A DNA stretch of 64,000 bases from a virus, in the IMG/VR virus record IMGVR_UViG_3300030117_007501, positions 94,283 to 158,282 of that record; one strand, 5' to 3'. Under the pieces are notes generated by a model. It did not search any database. It was not told where the DNA came from and saw nothing but the letters and a program-made list of their open reading frames with translations. Below, one piece after another: positions 28,701-39,359 of this stretch. Within the stretch, counting starts at the first letter, position 1. Each line of letters starts with the position of its first letter. The translations under genes were made by a program, and so were the position numbers.

Positions 28701-31700
28701 TTATAGCTCAGACATGGTAAAGGCTTTGGATTCTGACAGTGAAGTGTTCAGATATGACTCGCGCCCAATAAACTACTTCTTTTCTTTCGAAAAGAGCATG
28801 TATCAGACTATTTCTGCAGAAATGCTTAAGTTCTTTGCAACAATAAAGGACTTTAACAACCTCATCGGAGAACCAGTAAATAAATACAGACAGAGCTACA
28901 AGGGCATGCAAAAGCTGAAAGAAATGTTCTTTAGGAGGGTGGATAACACTCCAGACATAGAGAAGTATGTGGAGTACTACAAGTGGTTCGACTCAGCCCT
29001 CTCCGTGATGATAGATCAGCTCAAGCCGGCAACTACTAGATTTTCTGAAGACATAAGAACGATGATAGAGAGTCACGTTCTGGAAAGAAACAAATACTGG
29101 ACTAAGTTTCCAACTATAGAGATGAAATCGGTAGATCCAATTGCCCAGCTACGCGGCGGTGCGGCAGAGCATAGAGGATTTCATTGGGGTAGAGATCATG
29201 CCCCGCTGCCCTCTAGCCCCAGAAAGGAGTCTGAAAATTGCTCATGGTGGGCGAATATGGCAGAGCGGACAACTACGGAGATATTCCGTGATGCTCACAT
29301 CTCTGATGAAGTCCGCGAAGCACGCGAAGCAATAAGAAGAATAAAGATTACAAAAGTTTCGGGCTCTTCGTACTATACCCGCGCTTTGTCTCACCCATAT
29401 GTTTTGGATATGAAGCGAGACAGGGTAATAGGTTCGATGGAGGAAAATAGAATACTTAATTTATATGCCATGGCATTGCGCCCTGGCACAACTTCCGGAT
29501 TGTCTATTGCAGCATCCAGTGTTCAAGAGTTTTTAGATTGTGATGATTCAACTCCGACAACCAAGAGGAGAATAAGAGCAGAAGCGGTATATTTGGGCGA
29601 TAATTCATATACTGACACTGGCACAGACTTGGCTCTGCCTTTTAGATTCTACAGTTCGTCCATCGGTGACGGGTATATATCTGGCTTGACAACGTTTAAG
29701 GCAGGAGTGTCAATAACAAATATTCATCATGATTCTTACAACAATGAAATAATAGCACCACTTCAGGGTGTCTATACATCTCAGCACGTTGGGGGGAATG
29801 CTAATAGGCATGTGAAGGCAGGAGAGACAGATCCCCAATTACGCCCAGAAACTTATAAGTTGCAGATTTCCTCGGGACAGATTGTACTAGTCCACCAAGG
29901 TTTCGAAACGCCGCGCACTTTTTGCGCCCGTGAAGGACTCGCAAAGCGTCCGGTAAACATAAGAAACATACAAACTACTACAAGTTCCGCTCATGTCGGG
30001 AACTATCAGTATGATTATGATATCGTGTTTACAGGCGGCAGGGCATCCAACAATAGAGATTTTATAAAGAATTCTGGCTACGCTGACTCAACATATAGTC
30101 CTGTGTCTTCTGAATTTTTTGATGACTTTGTTGATTTGCCAAAAATACAAAGAGAAAGAACAAATCACGTATTGGTGAATAGATTTTCATCCCCAGGAGG
30201 GCCCGAAACAGCAGGCGATGCTGATGGTGGACAGGGATTGGACAGAGAGACGTCAGAATTTTCAATATACAATTCTATGAACTATAGAAACTCTATAGTA
30301 AGAAGTGATTTGGATACCCTTTATGCAGAGCACTCTAACCAGTTTGGAGCTAGAAGCGGAAGCGTGCATATATCGAACACTTACGAATTTATGTCAGGAT
30401 CCGGTGCTGGGTACGCTTCAGTTCATATGACTAACAGAAACAGTGCCGCAAGAAAAGAGTCGGTGGGAACAGTTAATTTCAACACCAAAGCTGTTTTACT
30501 TGACGGCTCGACAGAATACTTGCGCTTAGATGCAGCAAGAGCAATATTCACAGATAATAATGAGATTTCTTTGTTTGCGTGGATAAAACACCCAACCGTA
30601 TCAAACGCGAATGCCCATGTTATATTCTCTATACATGATTCTTCGGGAGGAAATAGGCACCTATTTCTCTTAAGGGGTACCGCCGGCACAGACGGCACAC
30701 TTCAGTTTTACCAAAATTCCACTGGTTGGCAAAAGGTATCCAACACAAGGATAGACGATGACAAGTGGCACTTGGTTGGATTTGTATACGAGGGAACAGG
30801 AAATACTCTCAAGCTGTATTTGGATGGGGAATCTCAAGGGGATGCCTTGACGGTTACAAATATAGCATCCATAATGGCAGGCACAGACTTGGTAAGTATT
30901 GGCCAAGAGTGGGACGCCGGCCCAACGGCTAGTGACTTCTTTGATGGGCATATTGCAGATTTAGCAATATGGAACAAGTCGTTAACGCAAGCGCAAATTA
31001 GAGAAATCTATTCAGACGGCTTCTTTAAGGGCCCTCATGACTTGCTTAAGCACACTGCAAATGCAAACTTACAAGCATGGTACAGAATGGGAGACGGAGA
31101 TAATGGCTCTGGCACACCGGACAGCGCCGGAGGAACAATCTTTGACATGAGTGCAAACTCATACAATGCAACGCCAGTTTCGGGCCCGACTATTGTATCT
31201 GTCCCCTCTCTTCCGGGCGAGACTCACGTCATCGAAGATAGGCTCGAGAGGGATAACTTTTTCGTGCAACGTCCGATACCTAGAAACGAACTTCAATATT
31301 CATGGGTTACTGCATCCTCTATAGAGACTACCAGTAGTTTTCCTGGTTATGTACATGAGTTCTCGATACCTTCTGGAAATACTGACTCTGTATATCAGGA
31401 TGAAATTCGATTCTTAACAGCTAGTGAAAATAACGCAAACAATGACTTTGTTGGGTTGAATAGGATTATTAACAGAGCGTTAACATCCAGCACCAACACA
31501 ATCGGCAACAGTTTATCAACCACTGAAGGCTCTGTGAACGACATATTGCTTAACAGGCAGGGCCCTTACGGATGGCCATCATGGAAGCAGATGCGGGGAT
31601 CTGAACATCCCATAGCAAGATTGCATAGAAGAAACAACATAATATCAATACAGTCGCGAGATGGCACTCCAAACCAGAGAACCATGAATATCTATGATTG

Positions 31701-34700
31701 GCCACAAAAGATACCAGAAAATGTTTCTAGCACAAAAGATAGGGAAATCAATAATTTTTACGACACTCCGGTAAGTGCAAAATATAAGCCAGTTGAAATA
31801 GGGTTTGGAAATCTCAAGGGGCAAATACTAGGCACCCTCCAAGAGGAGATGGTAGATAATGTAGACTTGATGACAATAACTCCGGATGAAAATACTAGAA
31901 TATTCCACAGAGGAGAAAGAAATGTTGTTGCGAAGGTTAGCTATGGCAATGCAGCAACGTCCTTTGCAAACTCCGAAATCATAAAGCTACTAAGCATAGA
32001 GGAATGTAAAGAAGGAATATATCAGAATGCTCACGATATAATGGTTGATAATGGTATAATTCCGAACTCCATTGTATACAGCGAAGTTGTTTATCCTCGT
32101 GAGGATAACACCTTCACCAAGAAGGCAAGAACAAGGGTTAATTTCAATAATGACTTTTGGAGAGATTCGCACGCAGACAGAGTTGAAGAGCTTACATATG
32201 AATCTGGAAAGACAAACAGCTTCGGAATCTATAGAAGAACTAGCAAAGCATATTACATTTCAGCCAGCATGTGGCCGCTGGATGCTCGCACTGACTTCTC
32301 CAAAGTGCCTCCGACGATAGAACAGGGAGGGGCACTCAACTATAACAATTTTCATGATCAATTGGGGGTTAGTGGCTCTGGTGAGCTGCAGAATGATTAT
32401 AGTCTTTTCCATTCTGCAATGGAAGGGGCATCACTTCACCAATTGCAGATGGCTCCATTGTACAATAGGTTGATACCTCAAGAATATGATAATAAAGAAT
32501 ATTTAGCAGGACACTCCAAGTGGGAGACGGGAGAACAGTCTGGAAAGACTCCTTTTTATGATTCATACGAAAACTACAGAGAGGAGCTGAGAGCGGTAGG
32601 TAAGGAATATAGCTTAGTTCCGGAATTTAGAATGAGTGAGCATATGGAGTCGATAGTTTTGACAGGATCGAGTTTTAGTGCACCACTTGAATCATTTTTA
32701 ACTTTGACAGGCTCTTCGGTGGCTAATAGCAGCTTTTCAGCATTCTTTGAAACATATTCTAATACAGATTTTCTGAAATATTTTCAGGTGGTTCGGGATA
32801 TGTCATCGGAAGATATGGGCAAGGAACCATCAAAGATATGGCTTAAGTGCAATGCTTTATTGAAGTTTTTGCCATATGATGGCTTCTATCCAGCTCTCCG
32901 CACCCTGCAGATGGCGAAGATGTGGAACGACGACTACACAAGAGGAAATCTTTCCACAAACCTCTATACGAAAGTTAGACTAGAAGCCAACAGGAACCAT
33001 GCAGCTAAGCCTCTTTTCGCTCCTGGCATCTTGTTCAATTCTATTAAATCTGGTGTTGCCGTGGATTATCCTATCTTCAGGAATCCCGGCACTGGCAGCG
33101 TAAGAGATGAAGAATATCTTGCCGGCGTGGGTTATCAAAGTATAACAAAAAACACTGTGGCAGAAGCTATAGCAGCTGGAGGAACCCAAGGTTCAATACA
33201 GGGTAGGTTCCATCATACGGCGTCATTCAATGTCAGGCACGGCAGGTATGGACAGGGCGTAACAGGCTCCTGGGCAAATGGAACGGCGGATGAGAGCATA
33301 CCTAGACTCTCCTCTTCGACGTGCGTGAGAGTGCCCTTTGAGGCTATATTGTCACCCGACACCATGAGAGGTACAATATTGTATGACAATGAACCTCACC
33401 CTTCAGCCAGTATGATAGTGCCGTTTCTGCACCATAGTGCGTATGGAGTGGCAAAATATTATGACTTGCACCCCATATATGGATCGGTACTAACTGGATC
33501 AGAAGATACAGAAGATTTATATGAAAGCTTCATATATCGAACATTGACAGATATAGCTCACAAAAACGGCTTAACTCTGAAAGTGCAGAATGCCGACTTA
33601 TATTCGATGGCGGCTAATAATTTCTTCGCAGAGTCGATAAACTTTTTCCTTAAGGACTCATCAGTAAAATCATTTATATCAGAACCTGATACATACAATT
33701 TTACTGTTGGCAGAACATATGCTATGCGAATAACATTAGCTAACGAAAACGTAGTAATGTATGAAAACAGAGCAGCCTTTGGCCCTCCGGTGGACAACAG
33801 CTCTCCAGACAAAGGAACCTCTCATGGCTTTGCGCCATATTGTCCAGCATTTCAGCGTTACGATGACGAGGCGTATGTTGATTTGTCGTTTACTGCCACA
33901 AAGAGTTCTTATACTGTGGAGGAATTGTTTGCTGTGTTGGCGCCTTCTTACAGCGAAAACTCCAGACAGACTGGCTCGGCGTATCAACTTCTTACAGGAT
34001 CTTCCACAAATCAAGAATATCAGATGAGAATAAGCTCTTCTGTGAATTTGTTTGGCACCATTGAGGATTTAGACGTAGAGTACGATGCCAATGGAAACGT
34101 ACGAACTGCAAGAAGAGGTGCCAGCAACAAGAGAAAGAGGTGGGTAATTCAACCTAAGTGGGAATGTCCAATACTAGATTTTTCAGATAAGTCGATGACA
34201 GTGCTTAACTTGAATTCCGGACAAACAGAGACGCAGACAACAACTGGGTTTTTCGAAAATGCTAGCAATAATGAATACTTGATGTCATCAAGGGGTATGT
34301 GGCACCAGTATGGCACAGTTCCGGGAGAGTCTAGAGGAATTTTTCTAGGTATAAGTGACATTACTGGCTCTGAATCTCTCGCCGCAGCGGTAGGGTTCCC
34401 TCGTGGTAATCGCCAACGACTAGGGGAGCTTCCGGAAGATGGAGAAAGAGTAATATCAGAGGCTGTAGTCGCTATTCCATATTATGTTAAGAGATCAAAG
34501 GCGAACTTCTTTAAGCTCGACAGGCAGCAGGTAAAGAATGTCTTAAACAACACAAACCTTGAATCTGTCGATAATTCGATAAAGCACCAAATAGAGATGA
34601 TGAATCGCTATGTTTTCCCACCCCAAATGGACTTTGTTAACAACAGGCGTAAAACACCTATAGCGATGTACGTGTTCGAGTTCTCACACAAACTATCCAG

Positions 34701-35121
34701 AAAGGATGTGTCTGATATTTGGCAAAACTTGCCTCCGGATATTGGGACTCACGGCATAGGTTCACGCCCAGGTGATCCATTTGGTATGGGCAGCACAGAA
34801 GTGACAGTGGGGCACTCCCTCAAGAGTCCAGATGCGGACATAAAAGATCCTTTGGGTGGTGTCCTCCCAGATAAGTTGAGGTGGATGGTATTCAAAGTGA
34901 AGCGCCGCGCCAGTGCAAACTATTTTAAGAAGTTGTCTGACTCTCTGACGGGACACAAGCACGGGGGAATTTCAATATTCAACGAGAGCGAAAAGAGGCA
35001 GCTCGTTAGTTCTACGCTTGACGATTTGCAAAAGAGAGCGAAATATTCTTATAACTGGCCATATGATTTCTTTTCTCTCGTCGAGCTAATTAAAGTAACA
35101 GCAGAAGTCGAAATAGAGTGA
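25750..35121 (+). CDS. large baseplate wedge protein (gp7/P2 gpI-like) with LamG/concanavalin-A-like domains
   Basis: NIYKSKGTEKSFRNLFRCFG (gp7/gpI-type motif); LamG motifs TVEFWLK..DGKWHHYAFT..LYIDG..MDEFRFW and DDKWHLVGFVY..LYLDG..FDGHIADLAIWN. Confidence 0.75.
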   Translation: MSIKNLFEEKSKIVAKTTVKDLTESLESEDYIFVRDKKIKRFLPTVDYSKPENFARYGLAERYYTDSIERIYQTYPYDGTFYEKEAWHLSSSYLDNHIFRVDYPRTNGFALFSPSGWGTQSANHDNYGLPSTAEYVYIKGGPHADPYGDIKGENSLANIYDSASYRESNLKIDGATGNTVEFWLKKDGYDTSKTRLEVLFDATVSGSTPGDADYGRLRVTIDNNPASSAFLITYQSGSLGFIDTAIGGSSITEDTIADGKWHHYAFTFKHNPTTEKIDSNLYIDGAYNATVSVAAATFGAIDGNIVANIAALVDSPTAASSAGLGYGKLSGSMDEFRFWKVERNAKEIGENWLTNVGGGTNKYEHNTKLGVYYKFNEGITTDATTDSVALDYSGRVSNGSWVGYSSSSRNTGSAMVDSGNALREFQDPIIYSNHPDVVSLLDEKRQLGQSHDYQNTSALYYSLPTWIIEEQMNTHTEDKSTLSDMMQIMASYFDTLHLQIEAITSLKDVSYRDYPSPTHVSGSDFAPFTEKLLESSGFIAPDLFADAEVLEKFGTRNKDGQFEFELHQVKNFIYRNIYNNLTNIYKSKGTEKSFRNLFRCFGIDEELIKLNVYADNHTYSFSDTFLHKSHKQKVVDFNSPDRYGATIFQSGSLNPYRAHYISGSGTTGETDVSTTVEADIFFPRKERYGSKYFQETGFITSSLFGIHTPSTIAGDMTWASNDFASIQAHVVRTSEYESDAYFMLTSSAGIIPELTSPIVHDVYGDNKWNISFRVKPAPHMAASPSGSMDGSVAAQAAAFVVEFRGTRYILDSLEDSFHVTGAVSRTNATRLCFAPKTLYAGAHRVNYTGSVSEYSDVKISNIRYWNAYLSNDELDFHSKNPDNFGRMHPSKPEYVNKSDILDSNYRETDTLALHWDFDRVTTSDSSGEFVVVDASSGSVGALSTFDGMTKRHHVGVGYGFPTSSTSVVSTMWTAGLQQALPENVYSSDMVKALDSDSEVFRYDSRPINYFFSFEKSMYQTISAEMLKFFATIKDFNNLIGEPVNKYRQSYKGMQKLKEMFFRRVDNTPDIEKYVEYYKWFDSALSVMIDQLKPATTRFSEDIRTMIESHVLERNKYWTKFPTIEMKSVDPIAQLRGGAAEHRGFHWGRDHAPLPSSPRKESENCSWWANMAERTTTEIFRDAHISDEVREAREAIRRIKITKVSGSSYYTRALSHPYVLDMKRDRVIGSMEENRILNLYAMALRPGTTSGLSIAASSVQEFLDCDDSTPTTKRRIRAEAVYLGDNSYTDTGTDLALPFRFYSSSIGDGYISGLTTFKAGVSITNIHHDSYNNEIIAPLQGVYTSQHVGGNANRHVKAGETDPQLRPETYKLQISSGQIVLVHQGFETPRTFCAREGLAKRPVNIRNIQTTTSSAHVGNYQYDYDIVFTGGRASNNRDFIKNSGYADSTYSPVSSEFFDDFVDLPKIQRERTNHVLVNRFSSPGGPETAGDADGGQGLDRETSEFSIYNSMNYRNSIVRSDLDTLYAEHSNQFGARSGSVHISNTYEFMSGSGAGYASVHMTNRNSAARKESVGTVNFNTKAVLLDGSTEYLRLDAARAIFTDNNEISLFAWIKHPTVSNANAHVIFSIHDSSGGNRHLFLLRGTAGTDGTLQFYQNSTGWQKVSNTRIDDDKWHLVGFVYEGTGNTLKLYLDGESQGDALTVTNIASIMAGTDLVSIGQEWDAGPTASDFFDGHIADLAIWNKSLTQAQIREIYSDGFFKGPHDLLKHTANANLQAWYRMGDGDNGSGTPDSAGGTIFDMSANSYNATPVSGPTIVSVPSLPGETHVIEDRLERDNFFVQRPIPRNELQYSWVTASSIETTSSFPGYVHEFSIPSGNTDSVYQDEIRFLTASENNANNDFVGLNRIINRALTSSTNTIGNSLSTTEGSVNDILLNRQGPYGWPSWKQMRGSEHPIARLHRRNNIISIQSRDGTPNQRTMNIYDWPQKIPENVSSTKDREINNFYDTPVSAKYKPVEIGFGNLKGQILGTLQEEMVDNVDLMTITPDENTRIFHRGERNVVAKVSYGNAATSFANSEIIKLLSIEECKEGIYQNAHDIMVDNGIIPNSIVYSEVVYPREDNTFTKKARTRVNFNNDFWRDSHADRVEELTYESGKTNSFGIYRRTSKAYYISASMWPLDARTDFSKVPPTIEQGGALNYNNFHDQLGVSGSGELQNDYSLFHSAMEGASLHQLQMAPLYNRLIPQEYDNKEYLAGHSKWETGEQSGKTPFYDSYENYREELRAVGKEYSLVPEFRMSEHMESIVLTGSSFSAPLESFLTLTGSSVANSSFSAFFETYSNTDFLKYFQVVRDMSSEDMGKEPSKIWLKCNALLKFLPYDGFYPALRTLQMAKMWNDDYTRGNLSTNLYTKVRLEANRNHAAKPLFAPGILFNSIKSGVAVDYPIFRNPGTGSVRDEEYLAGVGYQSITKNTVAEAIAAGGTQGSIQGRFHHTASFNVRHGRYGQGVTGSWANGTADESIPRLSSSTCVRVPFEAILSPDTMRGTILYDNEPHPSASMIVPFLHHSAYGVAKYYDLHPIYGSVLTGSEDTEDLYESFIYRTLTDIAHKNGLTLKVQNADLYSMAANNFFAESINFFLKDSSVKSFISEPDTYNFTVGRTYAMRITLANENVVMYENRAAFGPPVDNSSPDKGTSHGFAPYCPAFQRYDDEAYVDLSFTATKSSYTVEELFAVLAPSYSENSRQTGSAYQLLTGSSTNQEYQMRISSSVNLFGTIEDLDVEYDANGNVRTARRGASNKRKRWVIQPKWECPILDFSDKSMTVLNLNSGQTETQTTTGFFENASNNEYLMSSRGMWHQYGTVPGESRGIFLGISDITGSESLAAAVGFPRGNRQRLGELPEDGERVISEAVVAIPYYVKRSKANFFKLDRQQVKNVLNNTNLESVDNSIKHQIEMMNRYVFPPQMDFVNNRRKTPIAMYVFEFSHKLSRKDVSDIWQNLPPDIGTHGIGSRPGDPFGMGSTEVTVGHSLKSPDADIKDPLGGVLPDKLRWMVFKVKRRASANYFKKLSDSLTGHKHGGISIFNESEKRQLVSSTLDDLQKRAKYSYNWPYDFFSLVELIKVTAEVEIE

Positions 35122-35132
35122 GGTAGTTTCAA

Positions 35133-36038
35133 TTGTCGTTTTTTAATAAAAAAGAAGATGTCATAGACATACAATTGACTCAATATGGCAAACTTCTTCT
35201 TTCAAAGGGGAGGTTTAAGCCGGAGTATTATTGTTTTTTTGACGATGATATTTTGTATGACGCAGATTATGCAGGAGTACCAGAAAGCCAAAATGCCGCA
35301 GAGGATAGGATAAAGGAGACTCCTTATGTTCGCCCTCAAAATGCATTTTATGGAATAGAGACAAAATATAGCCAGGCAAATATAGATATAAGAGAAGGAG
35401 AAGCAGAATTATATCAGCTGCTAAACCTGACTCCCGACAACGAAGAGAGGGAGAACGCTTTAAGGTACCCCCTTTATACTGGAATATTAGGAGAGCAAGA
35501 GGCTACAAAAGTAACAGTAAACGCTCTTAGAGCGCCGTTTACGGGCTCTCTGAGCTATTACAGTGGCTCAAATGTGTCTTTACCAATCCCACAGTTGACA
35601 TGCGAATCACAGTACATAATTATGAAAACTAGGCTTTCTGCAGAGGAATATCAGCTTAGTGAGGATGTAATGCAGGATGAAATAATATTTGAAGATGGTA
35701 CAGCGTATAAGTTGTTGAGCGGCGCCCCAATGCAATTTAAGCTACTTGAAGAGAACGCGCCTTACTTGGCAGAAAATTTTGAAATTGAAGTTTTTGAGGT
35801 GGTTCCTGGCACCGCAACAGACGAAGAGCAGATATTGTTGCCTCTATTTTTCGAGAATTGCGCAAACCCTATAGCAGATTTAAACAACTATTTCGAAATA
35901 TCTGTTGATAACCTTGCCGACGCAGGCGAGAGAAGAGGGTTGTTTGTTAGTCTTCCAACTCAAAGATCTATGGTACCTTATGTCAACACCGACACATATA
36001 GGAAGTCCATAGTAAGTACTACAGAGGAGTGTGAGTAA
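35133..36038 (+). CDS. virion structural protein (tail-collar/fibre anchor-like N-terminus)
   Basis: TTG start with GAGG SD; N-terminus DIQLTQYGKLLLSKG.F...YCFFDDDILYD resembles ORF 43109. Confidence 0.6.
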   Translation: MSFFNKKEDVIDIQLTQYGKLLLSKGRFKPEYYCFFDDDILYDADYAGVPESQNAAEDRIKETPYVRPQNAFYGIETKYSQANIDIREGEAELYQLLNLTPDNEERENALRYPLYTGILGEQEATKVTVNALRAPFTGSLSYYSGSNVSLPIPQLTCESQYIIMKTRLSAEEYQLSEDVMQDEIIFEDGTAYKLLSGAPMQFKLLEENAPYLAENFEIEVFEVVPGTATDEEQILLPLFFENCANPIADLNNYFEISVDNLADAGERRGLFVSLPTQRSMVPYVNTDTYRKSIVSTTEECE

Positions 36039-36040
36039 TA

Positions 36041-39000
36041 ATGGCTAGTATTATAAAATATGAAGGCATAACTCCAAAAGTGTATGTTAAGAACATAACC
36101 CTGACACCTCATCGCCTTCCAAACTCTATAGTCGACAATCGCTGGGATGCAACATCTGAAGGTGTGACTATAGTTTTGGACATGTGTATAAAACAACAAA
36201 TAACAGCATCCGGCTTGTCTGAGTACCACAACCTCTTCGCTCTGATGCAAAATATAGACATTTTCGTGGTGCAATCCTTTACTCCATCTCAGTCTGGAAG
36301 GTTTGGGAACACAGTTGCGCCATCAAATTTGGGATCGGTGTTGGCAAATCCGAGAGCCAGAGTTCAGTCTTTTTTGGAAAACTCTCGTAGTATGACTCAG
36401 ACATTGAATGCTTTAACTGCAATGACTGACAAAGTTCAATTCGCAAAGATAAACCTGCTTGAAACAAGATCAACGGTATTAGACTCAGGAGATCCTAGAG
36501 CGTATGTGAGTGCTTCTCTTTTAGAAATACCTTTTCAGGTGTCTTTTTTCATACCAGATGCCAACCCTACTTCGTTAGAGTACAGAGTGTTTACGCATAT
36601 AGATGCAGAAAAAGCAATAACTCAGGGAGGCGAACTTGCCTCTCCCGATCCTGCACACCTGTACTCACTAAACCAAACCGGCGGCTCGGTGACGTATCAG
36701 TCTGTCATAAGGGGGAGTAAAGTAAACGAAAGAGCATTCGTCTATCTGGACGGAGCAGGCAACCAGTGGCTAGGTGAAGTCCATCAGATGCCTGATACTG
36801 ATCAGATAATGAAGGGAGCGGTGCACGGAGATTACGAAGGAGCCAATGCGCTACTTGTCAAGAGGGAAGTATATAATAGTAAGATAAACGACTTACGCCC
36901 CCTGGCACTCCCCCCGGTTGAGGATAGATTTGATGGAGGGGATGTGTACTACGATGCTCATGAGTATCAGAGACAGTTTCGCATGCGCCGTCTAACTGCC
37001 CGCGCATATGGAATGAGAAACATTAGGGAAGGCGCGGGAAGTTTGAGGGAAGCTATGATTGAGCGCCTTATGTCGCCGACAAATAGGAGGACGGAGTATG
37101 GAGGCGCCCGTTTTGATAGTGAACTCATACTCACTCCAACGTTGGGAAGAAGGTGTAATTTTCTTTTTACTGTTGATTGGGCACAGATAGTCAAATATCA
37201 GTCTAGACTAGCCAAGTTCTACACGTCGTTCCCTCAATCTTCTTTTTCTAGGGTATTGTCAAGCAGCTTAATACGAAGCATGAAGCTTTTTAGGAGGCGA
37301 ATGACTGATATGCCTATCGGAGTCGACAAGATGGGAAACAGCGCCCATAAAATAATGGATGAGAACGAGATACCAACTCTTGTAGCGTCTTACAGTGAAA
37401 CAATCCAGCCTCAAGGGGAAGGAGCCCTGGTGTCTACAAACCAATTATCTGAAGTCAATATAGACTGGTCTTCTTCGGGGGGATTTTATTATAGATCTTT
37501 TGGAGGCACGGATGCGGATATAGCTAACGTGAATTATGGAAAATACCAATATTATCTTGAAGTTGAAGTAGTGGACGGAATTGATTCTATAATGGAGGGG
37601 CACAAATCAGAATTGGAAGAGAGTCTTAGATTCATGAAGCAATTTCTGGAAAGAGCATCAATACCGGCTTACGTGCCAGGGTATAATGGCACAGACTACA
37701 GAAATGCCACACCAGATCAGCTGGCAGAATACTTGAATGCCGGAGCGAGACTGCAAGGTAGTTACGACTATGACAGGCTCAGGTATACAGAGGGATACCT
37801 AGAGGACATCGAGAGGGAGACTTCAGGCTTGGCAGCAGCAGTCAGAAGATACTTGGCAGCATACAGGATAATTTATGGTAGTGCTGATTCCGGGGACAAC
37901 AATATGTTATATAACATAATAAATCCTCGTCGTGGCGCTTCACCAGAATCGATACAGAATTTTATAATGTGTTTACAGTCGCTCCTATCGAAAATAGAAG
38001 ATATCCTGCAATACAACACTGCAAGGGGAAAAGACGAAGGAGCAAAAACACCAGCACCGTCAAGGTATCCAGAAAAAAATGTGTTCAAATTTGACATTCA
38101 GTTTGACGAAATTTATGATGCATCGGTTGTTAATAACCCTTCTGTAACATATTTTAGTGATTACACTAATGTAAACAATGGACTTAAGATAGTAAAGATG
38201 GAAGACAGAGTAAGAGAGGAATATGTCCAGTTTTTTGGAGACTCTCAGGCTTTAGTGAATGGTTCGTCTGCAGATATTCGCAAAAATGGAATTAAATTAA
38301 CACCAAACGAGTACCACATCAGCAGCCCAGAAATAATGAAAAATTCCACTTTTGCAAATAAGAACGACTTTGGAGTGGGGTATAGAACAAATTCACCAGA
38401 AATAGGATTTATAAGTACTGCCGGAAACTTCGGAAACGCAGAAGACACAAGGCTCAGAGCGCTTGTGGCACCAATGTACACTGGTGGACAGAACATGGCG
38501 TCAAACGTAAACTTATCACACAGGACTCCCTTTGTGCCTTCGAGAGACATGGTTTTTTCTGGAGACGAGGCATCTTCATTCAGGATTAATAGCCAAGCAA
38601 TGCTGCAGACAAGAACCAATTTTTTGCAAAATCTAGAGTCAACATACATAAATATAGACAAGATACATGATTTGGGAGTGACTCTTGAAACGCCGTCCTA
38701 CTTGAGAGACACAACATGGTTGCAAGATTTCGATGATGCTGACGAATTTATATCAGATCCAAAAATTTTAGCATCATCCGTCAGCGGATCAGGTGAGAAC
38801 CTATGCTTGAACGACAGGATAGCAAGAAGGAGTTTGCCAACAAGCCCCAGGAACCTGATGGCATCTCCAGCATCAAAGTTTGTAAACTTGTTATCAAGGA
38901 GATTGACAACCAATATTGATGGAGTCTATGAATCTGAAAATGTAGGAACTATCAGAGGAGTTCAGGAAAGGTTGGAGTCTATACGGGAGACAAACCCGTA

Positions 39001-39358
39001 TATTTATGATACTGTACCTATGCAGATAAGGAGCATAGTGAGGGCAGGAGTTGAAACGCCCGGAGTGCTAGCTAATGGTGAGGTTTCTCCGTTCTTGTTT
39101 GGTATGATGGCTTCCGTCGAGGAAAAGGTTGACACTTCGTTTGGAAAGAGTGGTACAAAATCTGGAGAAGGAGATTTTAAACCAGTTCGGAACGCCCTGG
39201 CGGGATCCCGGACTTCTAGCACTACACCTAGCACTGGAAAGAAGTATAAGTTGTGTCGTCTTGCTCCCTATGAGAACAGAGAAGCAGGTATATCCAGAGC
39301 TAAATCTATGAGCAGTACGGTAGTTATGGATGAGTATTTTTTAGTGGAGGTAGGCTAA
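36041..39358 (+). CDS. hypothetical virion protein (1105 aa)
   Basis: Long ORF with GGAG SD within the structural operon; no recognisable family. Confidence 0.6.
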   Translation: MASIIKYEGITPKVYVKNITLTPHRLPNSIVDNRWDATSEGVTIVLDMCIKQQITASGLSEYHNLFALMQNIDIFVVQSFTPSQSGRFGNTVAPSNLGSVLANPRARVQSFLENSRSMTQTLNALTAMTDKVQFAKINLLETRSTVLDSGDPRAYVSASLLEIPFQVSFFIPDANPTSLEYRVFTHIDAEKAITQGGELASPDPAHLYSLNQTGGSVTYQSVIRGSKVNERAFVYLDGAGNQWLGEVHQMPDTDQIMKGAVHGDYEGANALLVKREVYNSKINDLRPLALPPVEDRFDGGDVYYDAHEYQRQFRMRRLTARAYGMRNIREGAGSLREAMIERLMSPTNRRTEYGGARFDSELILTPTLGRRCNFLFTVDWAQIVKYQSRLAKFYTSFPQSSFSRVLSSSLIRSMKLFRRRMTDMPIGVDKMGNSAHKIMDENEIPTLVASYSETIQPQGEGALVSTNQLSEVNIDWSSSGGFYYRSFGGTDADIANVNYGKYQYYLEVEVVDGIDSIMEGHKSELEESLRFMKQFLERASIPAYVPGYNGTDYRNATPDQLAEYLNAGARLQGSYDYDRLRYTEGYLEDIERETSGLAAAVRRYLAAYRIIYGSADSGDNNMLYNIINPRRGASPESIQNFIMCLQSLLSKIEDILQYNTARGKDEGAKTPAPSRYPEKNVFKFDIQFDEIYDASVVNNPSVTYFSDYTNVNNGLKIVKMEDRVREEYVQFFGDSQALVNGSSADIRKNGIKLTPNEYHISSPEIMKNSTFANKNDFGVGYRTNSPEIGFISTAGNFGNAEDTRLRALVAPMYTGGQNMASNVNLSHRTPFVPSRDMVFSGDEASSFRINSQAMLQTRTNFLQNLESTYINIDKIHDLGVTLETPSYLRDTTWLQDFDDADEFISDPKILASSVSGSGENLCLNDRIARRSLPTSPRNLMASPASKFVNLLSRRLTTNIDGVYESENVGTIRGVQERLESIRETNPYIYDTVPMQIRSIVRAGVETPGVLANGEVSPFLFGMMASVEEKVDTSFGKSGTKSGEGDFKPVRNALAGSRTSSTTPSTGKKYKLCRLAPYENREAGISRAKSMSSTVVMDEYFLVEVG

Positions 39359-39359
39359 G

